This document shows, piece after piece, positions 1 to 7,825 of a DNA stretch of 49,463 bases. Made by a program: the position numbers and the translations under genes. The notes beneath the pieces are model-generated. The model was not told where the DNA came from and did no database searches. It saw only the letters and a list, made by a program, of their open reading frames with translations. Position 1 is the first letter of the stretch; each line of letters starts with the position of its first letter. Source of the DNA: an uncultured Methanosarcinales archaeon (GTDB lineage Archaea; Nanobdellota; Nanobdellia; Woesearchaeales; CAYXTQ01); contig CAYXTQ010000001.1 in the NCBI GenBank assembly GCA_964467845.1, positions 1-49,463 of the forward strand. Reading direction: 5' to 3'.

Positions 1-10
1 ATAAACATAT

Positions 11-120
11 AGTGGTTTTTTGACGCTCAAAATTCCACTTAATTTGGTTTTTGAGCACACAAAATTCCAGTTATGTGTTACCTATACTTAAACCACTTAT
101 CATAGATAAGTGGAATTTTG
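11..120. repeat. Cluster of TAAGTGGAATTTT-type 13-mers (29-41, 61-73 forward as AAAATTCCA[CG]TTA; 107-119 inverted) plus a 9-bp-stem hairpin at 93-113
   Basis: Read directly. Two ~32-bp tandem units (about 16-47 and 47-78) each contain TTTTTGA-GC-x-C..AAAATTCCA[CG]TTA. The third copy is inverted and forms CCACTTATC-ATA-GATAAGTGG. Confidence 0.7.
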
Positions 121-126
121 TTGTTT

Positions 127-288
127 AAAAAAAAAAAAATATTGGTGCAATTTCATGGTGTAGGCAAACTATGTTTGCCTTATTGTGTTTGTGCACCTTA
201 TTGTTTTTTTTTTTTTTATTTATTGATTTTTAATGGTATTTGATATTGATTTTTTTTTTTATTATTATTGATAGTTTATTTATTGAAC
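127..288 (-). repeat. Intergenic repeat module R1, copy A (3' of pelota): A-run, GGTGCA arm, GGCAAAC-TAT-GTTTGCC hairpin, TGCACC arm, T-run, TTGATAGTTTATTTATTGAA box
   Basis: The reverse complement of 127-288 aligns by eye with 43974-44082. Shared blocks are TTCAATAAATAAACTATCAAT, CACAAACAC, AAGGCAAAC/GTTTGCCTTA and CACCAATATTTTTTTT. The central hairpin is at 163-179. Confidence 0.75.
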
Positions 289-1353
289 TTAATAACTTAA
301 TTTATACCTCAACAAAGCCCCCACACCACCTAAGCCATCAAGCTTCTTGCCAGCATCATTATCAGAAGAGATTATATTTATCTCCCCTTTCATAGATTCT
401 ACTAAATTCAGTATTTGATCTATCTCCTCATATCTCTCTTCTTTTTTTTTTTTTTTTATAAAATAATCAGTTATTAATAAAATTCTTACCGCTCCAGCAT
501 TTACTGCGTTTTTCACCTCCTCAAAACCATAAACCGCTGCTCCATTTTTAGAGATTTCACCCAATAACTCATCTACTAATATAAGCTCTCTTGAAATTCT
601 GCTTTTTTTTAAAGCTTCTTTTAGCTCAGGCCTCTTTAATATTTCATTTATGGCAGTTCTATCAACAGATGAGCATGTTGCTAGTAAAATTTTTTTTTTT
701 AAATCTTCATCTTTTATGTTTTTCAATAGTTCTTCTTTCCAAAAAGATGTGCTTGCTAGTATAATCTGCCCAATTTCATATACTCTTATATATTCATTAA
801 GTGTTTTGATTATATCATTATAGAATGTGCTTTCTATCTTTTCTTTATCTTTTTTTTTCTGAACCCTTCCTTTAATATGAGACAGCAGCTTATAACCTTG
901 CTTTTTTAATAAAGCAAAATATGCCTCTTCCCTGTCTAAAACACAAATTAATATATTTGCTATTTTTTCTTGTGTTGCCTCTTTTAATTTATCCAATTGA
1001 AATTTCAGCCATTTTTTCTTGATTAGAGTTATAGTAGCATTATCATCAATATCAAAAGTATGGTAGCTGCCCCTTGGAACGTCATCCGGCCCTTCCTTGA
1101 TAACTCCAGAAACCCTCAGATCGTTAGAATATTTGTGAAATTTTATTTTTTCTACTTGTATTATAAGAAAAACCTCCCTTTTTGTTACTCTCTGTGCTCT
1201 CTCTTCTGCTTTGCTTACCTTGATTTTTCTTAAAGTTTTGCCTTTAATCAAATCATCCTTGTCAATTATATGACTCAAATACCATAAATCATCTAGATTC
1301 TCTGTTTTAATCTTTATTTCTCCCTTTCTTAAATCAGAATAAACAAGTTTCAT
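289..1353 (-). CDS. pelA: Pelota/Dom34 ribosome-rescue (no-go decay) factor
   Basis: 354-aa ORF. The N-terminus (MKLVYSDLRKGEIKIKTENLDDLWYLSHII) and the eRF1-like C-terminal domain (GGVGALLRY) are typical of archaeal Pelota. It contains an in-frame T16 run (442-457) encoding KKKKK. Confidence 0.85.
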   Translation of the reverse strand: MKLVYSDLRKGEIKIKTENLDDLWYLSHIIDKDDLIKGKTLRKIKVSKAEERAQRVTKREVFLIIQVEKIKFHKYSNDLRVSGVIKEGPDDVPRGSYHTFDIDDNATITLIKKKWLKFQLDKLKEATQEKIANILICVLDREEAYFALLKKQGYKLLSHIKGRVQKKKDKEKIESTFYNDIIKTLNEYIRVYEIGQIILASTSFWKEELLKNIKDEDLKKKILLATCSSVDRTAINEILKRPELKEALKKSRISRELILVDELLGEISKNGAAVYGFEEVKNAVNAGAVRILLITDYFIKKKKKEERYEEIDQILNLVESMKGEINIISSDNDAGKKLDGLGGVGALLRYKLSY

Positions 1354-1432
1354 TTCAACTTAAAAATAAAAACATTTATATATAAATTTATTTATTTTGT
1401 TATTTAATTAGTTATATTGTTAGGTGATATTA

Positions 1433-2623
1433 ATGAAAAAAAAAAAGAGGGGTCAAGAGCATCTCGAAGGTGGTAGAGCAGCAGGAGTTATTGGGTTAAT
1501 AATTGTTGTAATTGTTCTTTATATAATCCTTTTACCTCCTGAAGAAAGGGATGAACTGTTAGGAGAAGAGGATAGCGGAGTAACTCCTAGTGAAAAAGAA
1601 ACAAACCTTACCTTATTATCAGAAAATCCTGGCACAATATCATTTATAGGTCAAAAAGATGCAGATAAAACCATACCTAATATTTATTTGTACAAGGATA
1701 CTAATGCTCAGGTTATTGAAAAGTTTAATGATTTCTATACTAGAAACGGATATTTTGATAAGATAAAGAAAAACTTAACTTTTAGTATAAAGGATTTAGA
1801 GAATACTGATAATGTGATGTTGTCTTTTACTACAACAAAAAATACAGGTGTTCTAACAATAAAGCTTAATGATGAAATAATTTACGAGTATGATATCAAC
1901 ACATTAAATGTTAATCCGATTGAATTGAAAAAAAGTTCTTTGAAACAAAACAACGTATTAGAGTTTAGTGTAAGTAGTATTGGCTGGGGGTTTTGGAAAA
2001 CTAATGAATACTCATTTGAAAATTTGAAAGTAATAGGAGATATAACTGATGTTACAAGACAAAAAAGCAGAAATGTTTTTACATTAACTGAAGCAGAATA
2101 TCAAAATATTGACAAAGCAGAACTGAAGTTTGTGCCTTATTGTAAATATGAAAGAGATGTTGGTGTATTGGAAGCATTCATCAATAACAGAAATATATAT
2201 TCAGCTATACCCGTTTGTGATGATCCTGTAAAACAGCCATTTTCAATTGATATATTAAATTCTGGAGAGAATAACATTGTTTTTAAATCAACTAAAGGCA
2301 GTTATAGTATTGAGCAGATAAGGTTAGAGTTAGATTTAAAAGAAACTCAAAAGATAATTTATTATTTTGAATTGAATGAAAGCCAGTTCAAAAATATAAG
2401 CAGTGAAGGAAAAAGAGTTAGGTTGTATATTACATTTGTAGATGATGATGAGGAAAAGAAGTTAGATTTGAGCATTAATGGTCATCTTACTAGTATAAGA
2501 CAAGATGAATCAAAGTATAAAAAAGACATTACTCATTGGGTTGAAGAAGGCAATAACTATATTGAACTAAGACCAAAAACAACATTGTACATAGTAAAAT
2601 TAGAAATTAAGTACGAAGATTAA
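1433..2623 (+). CDS. N-terminally membrane-anchored secreted protein with three tandem ~100-aa beta-sandwich-like repeats; function unknown
   Basis: The track start at 1424 is GTG, while the ATG at 1433 lies 7 nt after a GGTGA SD. MKKKKRGQEHLE is followed by the hydrophobic GVIGLIIVVIVLYIILL. Three repeats show the pattern L-x-[IL]-x-[IL]-N-x-x-x-[IL]-Y ... G-x-N-x-[IV]-x-[FL] ... Y-x-[IF]-x-x-[IL]. Confidence 0.7.
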   Translation: MKKKKRGQEHLEGGRAAGVIGLIIVVIVLYIILLPPEERDELLGEEDSGVTPSEKETNLTLLSENPGTISFIGQKDADKTIPNIYLYKDTNAQVIEKFNDFYTRNGYFDKIKKNLTFSIKDLENTDNVMLSFTTTKNTGVLTIKLNDEIIYEYDINTLNVNPIELKKSSLKQNNVLEFSVSSIGWGFWKTNEYSFENLKVIGDITDVTRQKSRNVFTLTEAEYQNIDKAELKFVPYCKYERDVGVLEAFINNRNIYSAIPVCDDPVKQPFSIDILNSGENNIVFKSTKGSYSIEQIRLELDLKETQKIIYYFELNESQFKNISSEGKRVRLYITFVDDDEEKKLDLSINGHLTSIRQDESKYKKDITHWVEEGNNYIELRPKTTLYIVKLEIKYED

Positions 2624-2699
2624 TATTAAAAAGAGGTGTTTACACAAAGACTTCTTGGGGTATTATTTAGTAGAATAAAATCCATAAAAGAGGTTTAGT

Positions 2700-5600
2700 A
2701 TGGCTGAAAGAAGTGTTGATGAAGAAGCAAAAAGGATAGCAAGAATATTAGAAAAAAGAGGTTTTGCTCCAGATAAAATAAAAAAAAAAGTTGATGAGTA
2801 TAAAAATAGGCCTAAAGAAGATATTTCTGTAATCCGGAAATCTAATGAAAGTTTAGATAATTGGAAAAAAAGATTACTTAAAAAATATGAAAAAGATACT
2901 AGCGGTAAGTTTGTAAGAAAACAACCTGCTCAAGTTATTCCAGGAATACAAAGATTAAGTCAAGAAGAAAAAAAACTTGACAAAGAAAAAAGAGAAACTG
3001 CTAAAGCACAACAAAAAACTGCAGTGATTCAAAAAAAGGTAGAATTAGAAAAAGAAAGGGGCTTACGTAATCCATTTTTAAAATTTGGTCAAAGATTAAA
3101 TAATATATCTCAAGAGCCAACCGGCAGATTAATGTTTTTCTTTGCAATAGTGTTATGGATATTTGATATGGCTCTTGGATTTAGTGGTATTAACTACGAA
3201 TTTTTTCTAAATATTTTTAGAAACCCTTCTTCTGCTGGAAGTTTAATAAGAATAGCATGGAATGTTATAACCTTATTTATCTTTGGATTTATAATCTGGA
3301 GAATTATCTTCAACCGACCAGAAAAAAATGAATTAATTGCTTTAGGTCTTATGCTAGAAACTTTCAATATTGTATTTTCCCTGGGCGGATTTAATCTCAT
3401 GTTGTTAGCTCATTTAGTATTTTCAACATGTTTTTTATTATTTGTATTACTTCCTTATTACACATACCAAGGGAAAAAGCAGTTAGCTTATTGGTATACT
3501 ATGGGTTTCATAATTATTGATTTCTTCTTATTTCCGTATCTCAGTTATTATTATACTAAAACATCTAATATTAGGGGCGCATTCCCTGTTTGGGTTGTTA
3601 TTACTTTATATTATACTTTAAAGCTAAAAAGATCTCGCTTATTGGGTTTTGTTTCATTTTTTTTGATTATGTTTTATCTTTTTGCTTTCGCACAACCTTT
3701 GTTTGGTGGATTAGATGTGGGCTTAGCAGGAATGCAAACAGAAAATATGGGATTTAAAGCTATTGGAGGTATAGGAGCAAAAGCGTTTGCTAATGCTAAA
3801 CTTGCTTTTAAAAATGTTGGGAAAGGAATACAAGAATCTTACAATGAATCAATCTCTTATGCTACAGGAGACTATTATACTGGTAGAGTTGATCGTAACG
3901 TTAAAGAACCATTAGGAGTTTACATAACTAATATTGAAACTGCTGATCCTGAAGTCTATGAGGATGAAGCAATAGAAATTTGGGCTATTTTAAGAGCTAA
4001 GAGTATTGAAGAACCTATAGATTCAATTAAAGTACAATGTATAGCAGATAAAGATACTATAAAAGAAAAACCAGGTAAATCAAAAGTATCAGAATTCAAT
4101 AATTTTATTGATGAAGAAGAAGACATAGATTGCAAATTTGAAGAAAATGATTTAGAGGCAGGTTCTCATCTAATAACATTTACAGCTGAATTTGACTTTA
4201 CAACATTAGCTTATCTAAAAACCTATTTTATTGATGATGAAAGATTAAAGGCTTTAAAGAGAGAGGGTATTGATGTTTTTAAAGAGTATGGCATTACAGA
4301 TAAAAATCCGATAGCAGTTTATACAAACGGGCCTGTTGGCATTGGAATGGAAACGAAAACACCCCCAATAGGCATAAGCAAAGATTACGACAGTACACCA
4401 AAATTCGGCATAACAATAGAAAACAAATGGAAAGGAAAAATTACTGAAATAAAGGATTTAATTATCTATTTGCCAGAAGGTATCGAACTAGATGATAACT
4501 GTGATGAAGCATTTGAAAAAATCGAGACAAGAGAATACATTTTAGATGGTTATACTGCTTATAAAATGATTGATGCTGTAAAAGAATCAAAAGAATGGAA
4601 AGATATAGAACTTTACAAATCTCGCAATTGCAGATTGAACATAAAAGATAGAAACAAAATACTTGGAGACACACCAATTTCTACAAAATATATAAAAGCA
4701 AGAATAAAATATGTCTATAACTCACAAGAATCTATTAACATAAATGTTCAAACTCCAAAGGGTTTTAATGTTTATTTTGAACCTAAAAAACCATCAATGA
4801 AAGATGAAATAAAGTGTGTTGCTTCTCATAGTGATGCATATGTTATAATGGCTCCATTTTATATCTATAAAGAGAAAGAAGGATATGTTGACGAAGAAGA
4901 AAGATGGGATGAAATCGTAAATATAGAGGTAGAGTGTGGCAGCAAAGAAAATAAATGCGAGTATCCCATTCCTAAAGCTGGGCTTAAGAGAGGAGATAAG
5001 ATAAAATGTAAGGTATATAAAGCAAAATTATCTAATAATGTAGAAGAAACAGATAGTGCTGTTGTTGAAATACAAAACTCTGCTCCAGAAATAACTGCTT
5101 TTTTTGAACCAAAAAATGCTCCAGCTGATAAAGACTTAAAATGTGTTGGAGTAATAAAAGATGCTGATGGAGATAATGAATTCAAAATGATTTATGAAGT
5201 TAAAAATAATAATGAAAGACTAAGCTATGACAAACTAGAAACCAAGTGGATTAATAATCAATTTGAAATATTAATTAAAAAAGAAAATTTCAAGGAAGGA
5301 GACAAAACAGAATGCAAGATGACTGTAAAGGATATCCCAAGTAAGGGTGAAAGCAAGTATAGTGAACCTAAAGAGATAACAATAATTATAGGAAAATCAA
5401 CTGAAACAACTACCACAGGAAGTGGTGGAACTGGTACTAGTAGTAATCTTTATGCTGATTGTAATTTAGAAGAAAATCATGGACATGCATGTAGAGGTAG
5501 TACAAAGAGAAATTGTTATTATTATAAGGATAAAAAAATAGGTGAATGTCTAACAGAGTGCGAGTTCCTTGGAAAAACAGGAACACACCCTAAAATAAAA

Positions 5601-5738
5601 GATAGCTGGAAATGTGCATGTAATAAAGCTTCTTGGAAAGAACAATGTGAAGATGAAAGCTTCTTGACATGTGTTACTGGACATTGTCCTGAAGATATGA
5701 ATATGTACTGTTGTGATATGGTGGGATTGTTAGGATAA
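2700..5738 (+). CDS. Large polytopic membrane protein: Lys-rich cytoplasmic N-terminus, ~7-8 TM helices, ectodomain homologous to the three downstream lipoproteins, two FEPK..KCV repeats, Thr/Gly linker, 12-Cys C-terminal tail
   Basis: 1012-aa ORF with a GAGGT SD 7 nt upstream. The hydrophobic block covers about residues 145-340 (nt ~3130-3720). The shared module covers about residues 395-685. The repeats are YFEPKKPSMKDEIKCV and FFEPKNAPADKDLKCV. The linker is STETTTTGSGGTGTSS, and the last ~90 residues hold 12 Cys. Confidence 0.8.
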   Translation: MAERSVDEEAKRIARILEKRGFAPDKIKKKVDEYKNRPKEDISVIRKSNESLDNWKKRLLKKYEKDTSGKFVRKQPAQVIPGIQRLSQEEKKLDKEKRETAKAQQKTAVIQKKVELEKERGLRNPFLKFGQRLNNISQEPTGRLMFFFAIVLWIFDMALGFSGINYEFFLNIFRNPSSAGSLIRIAWNVITLFIFGFIIWRIIFNRPEKNELIALGLMLETFNIVFSLGGFNLMLLAHLVFSTCFLLFVLLPYYTYQGKKQLAYWYTMGFIIIDFFLFPYLSYYYTKTSNIRGAFPVWVVITLYYTLKLKRSRLLGFVSFFLIMFYLFAFAQPLFGGLDVGLAGMQTENMGFKAIGGIGAKAFANAKLAFKNVGKGIQESYNESISYATGDYYTGRVDRNVKEPLGVYITNIETADPEVYEDEAIEIWAILRAKSIEEPIDSIKVQCIADKDTIKEKPGKSKVSEFNNFIDEEEDIDCKFEENDLEAGSHLITFTAEFDFTTLAYLKTYFIDDERLKALKREGIDVFKEYGITDKNPIAVYTNGPVGIGMETKTPPIGISKDYDSTPKFGITIENKWKGKITEIKDLIIYLPEGIELDDNCDEAFEKIETREYILDGYTAYKMIDAVKESKEWKDIELYKSRNCRLNIKDRNKILGDTPISTKYIKARIKYVYNSQESININVQTPKGFNVYFEPKKPSMKDEIKCVASHSDAYVIMAPFYIYKEKEGYVDEEERWDEIVNIEVECGSKENKCEYPIPKAGLKRGDKIKCKVYKAKLSNNVEETDSAVVEIQNSAPEITAFFEPKNAPADKDLKCVGVIKDADGDNEFKMIYEVKNNNERLSYDKLETKWINNQFEILIKKENFKEGDKTECKMTVKDIPSKGESKYSEPKEITIIIGKSTETTTTGSGGTGTSSNLYADCNLEENHGHACRGSTKRNCYYYKDKKIGECLTECEFLGKTGTHPKIKDSWKCACNKASWKEQCEDESFLTCVTGHCPEDMNMYCCDMVGLLG

Positions 5739-5743
5739 TAAAA

Positions 5744-6670
5744 ATGCAAAAAAAAATATTACTATTGATTTTAATCATAATTTTTATCTCAGGTTGTGAT
5801 AGGTTTTCTCCTAATAAAGGGTCTATAAGTGATGTTAATGTTCACACAGGAACCTCTGCCTTAGAGATGGAATTTCTAAAAGACAGTCCGCCAAACGATA
5901 TTTATGAAGACCAAACTTTTAAAGCAGCTGTTTTATTACAAAATAAAGGTGCTTTTGACATAAAAAAAGGTTATCTGTTAATAGGTGTAGAGGAAGATTA
6001 CATGGAACTTTTATATGAAAGATATGGCAAAAAAATAGATTTACAATTAGAAGGAAAATCTATTAAAAACCCCGTAGGAGAAGAAAAAATAGAGGAATTT
6101 GTACTAAAAGCAAAAAAAATAGATCCTCAAACCCAGGAACACGATAGTTCAATTTATATAACATCATGTTATGAGTACAGAACAGAGTTATCTGAAACAG
6201 TATGCATAGATACTGATGTTTATAATGTAAAACCTATGGAAAAAGTATGCACAGTAAAGGATATTTCACTTATCTCACAGGGTGCTCCTGTTGCAGTTAC
6301 AAAAATTGAAGAAAGGATTTCTTCAAGTGAGAACGGAGAAATTATAATCCCTGAATTTACAGTATACATTGACAATAAAGGTAAAGGTGAGGTAATAGAC
6401 ATTAGTAAAATAGATGATGTTTGCTCTTCAAAGTCTTTAAATAGCGAGGATATAAACAAATTAAAGATAGAAGCTTACTTATCTGGCATTCCATTAGAAT
6501 GTAATCCTAATGAATTAAAGTTAAAAAAGAAGCAAGATAAAGTAATTTGTTCTTTAAAGGAAGGTGTTAAAAAGGATGAGCCTGCTTTTACAACTTTGTT
6601 ATCAGTAGTACTAAATTATGGTTATACCCAAACAATATCTAAAAAGATTACAATAAAAAAAAGTTATTAA
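5744..6670 (+). CDS. Predicted lipoprotein, paralog 1 of the two-domain surface module
   Basis: 308 aa. The signal peptide is MQKKILLLILIIIFISGC with lipobox ISGC. It shares the ordered motifs GTSALEMEFLKDSPPNDIY, QNKG, SCYEYRTELSETVCID, QGAPVAVTKIE, IDNKGKG and LNYGYTQ with paralogs 2 and 3. Confidence 0.8.
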   Translation: MQKKILLLILIIIFISGCDRFSPNKGSISDVNVHTGTSALEMEFLKDSPPNDIYEDQTFKAAVLLQNKGAFDIKKGYLLIGVEEDYMELLYERYGKKIDLQLEGKSIKNPVGEEKIEEFVLKAKKIDPQTQEHDSSIYITSCYEYRTELSETVCIDTDVYNVKPMEKVCTVKDISLISQGAPVAVTKIEERISSSENGEIIIPEFTVYIDNKGKGEVIDISKIDDVCSSKSLNSEDINKLKIEAYLSGIPLECNPNELKLKKKQDKVICSLKEGVKKDEPAFTTLLSVVLNYGYTQTISKKITIKKSY

Positions 6671-6689
6671 TCCGAAAAATTTAAATAGA

Positions 6690-7673
6690 ATGTTACTTAA
6701 TAAACCCATTATGAAAGAAACGAAGAAATTTGTATTCTTAATTTGCTTTTTTTTAATTATATTATTTATCACAAGCTGTACTCCTCGAGGCTATAATCCT
6801 GAAGTTAAAGAAACATATTTTATTGGAACAGAAGGTTTATTTATGAGATTTATAAAGAACGCCCCGCCTTATAAAGTATATGTAGGAGATAAAATAGATA
6901 TTACAGTTGAATTGTGGAACAGAGGCGCATGGCCTGATAGTGACGTTTTTGAAGGTTTCTTGGTAATAAGTGGTTTTGATTTGAGTGCTATAAATGGTGT
7001 TTGGGAGAAAGGTAATGCAGTATCTGTCTTAATACCTGCAAATTTGCAAGGTAAAAGTCAATTTAATCCTGAAGGTGGTTATGCTACACTAACATACGAG
7101 GATATAGACGGCGTAACTGTGCCTTTTGATGCTGATAGATATCCAGCAGAGATTTTAGTTACATCTTGCTATAGGTATAAAACATTCGCCAGACCAAGAA
7201 TCTGTATTGATCCTGACCCATATTCAATTGTTGCAGAAGACAAAGTCTGTCATGTAGATGATGAAGGAGAAATATCTGTTGAAGCTGGTGGCCAGGGTGC
7301 TCCAATAGCTGTGACAAGTGTTAGACAAGAAGTTGGTGCTGATAGAATCTACTTTAGGATATATGTCTCAAATGTTGGTGGTGGCCGAGTTATAGAACCT
7401 AATGCCTATAACTTTTGTCCTTTTGATTTAGAGAATGATGAAATTAATAAAGTATATGCAACAGTAACTCTACCCCATGATTCAAATCCTGTATGCACAC
7501 CAAGAGGAGATCCTTCTGATCCTATAAGACTGCAAGATGGCCGCGGCTATATGTTCTGTAGTTTTACCCTACCATCTACTGGCACTGCTTATTGGTCCCA
7601 ATTACACATAATCCTAGATTATGTTTATTCTTCATCTATTAAGACAAGAGTAGATGTCGTAAATCTTAGATAA
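6690..7673 (+). CDS. Predicted lipoprotein, paralog 2 of the two-domain surface module
   Basis: 327 aa. The hydrophobic signal ends in lipobox ITSC. Motifs are GTEGLFMRFIKNAPPYKVY, WNRG, SCYRYKTFARPRICID, QGAPIAVTSVRQE, VSNVGGG and LDYVYSS. An alternative ATG at 6720 (MKETKKF) is possible. Confidence 0.8.
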   Translation: MLLNKPIMKETKKFVFLICFFLIILFITSCTPRGYNPEVKETYFIGTEGLFMRFIKNAPPYKVYVGDKIDITVELWNRGAWPDSDVFEGFLVISGFDLSAINGVWEKGNAVSVLIPANLQGKSQFNPEGGYATLTYEDIDGVTVPFDADRYPAEILVTSCYRYKTFARPRICIDPDPYSIVAEDKVCHVDDEGEISVEAGGQGAPIAVTSVRQEVGADRIYFRIYVSNVGGGRVIEPNAYNFCPFDLENDEINKVYATVTLPHDSNPVCTPRGDPSDPIRLQDGRGYMFCSFTLPSTGTAYWSQLHIILDYVYSSSIKTRVDVVNLR

Positions 7674-7727
7674 ATGTGCTTCTATAAAGCAAAAGATTTA
7701 TACAATGAAAATCATAGATACGAGAAA

Positions 7728-7758
7728 ATCTTCGAAAATGCCTTACATTTTCGTAAGA
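7728..7758. other. Hairpin (CGAAAATG-CCTTA-CATTTTCG core, extendable to ~13 bp with one bulge) between lipoprotein paralogs 2 and 3
   Basis: Read directly. It is preceded by AGATACGAGAAAATC (7716-7730), which is identical to 44242-44256. Confidence 0.6.
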
Positions 7759-7825
7759 TTTATATATATTTAAAATTAATATATAGACAATTTACTTAAA
7801 AAAAAAAAAAAATGGAGGAATAAAA

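Noticed and set aside
16-78. Possible degenerate CRISPR array (two ~32-bp units sharing AAAATTCCA[CG]TTA)
   Set aside because: The units are directly adjacent with no spacers. There are only two direct copies plus one inverted copy, and no cas genes apart from a solo Cas4-like gene 10 kb away.
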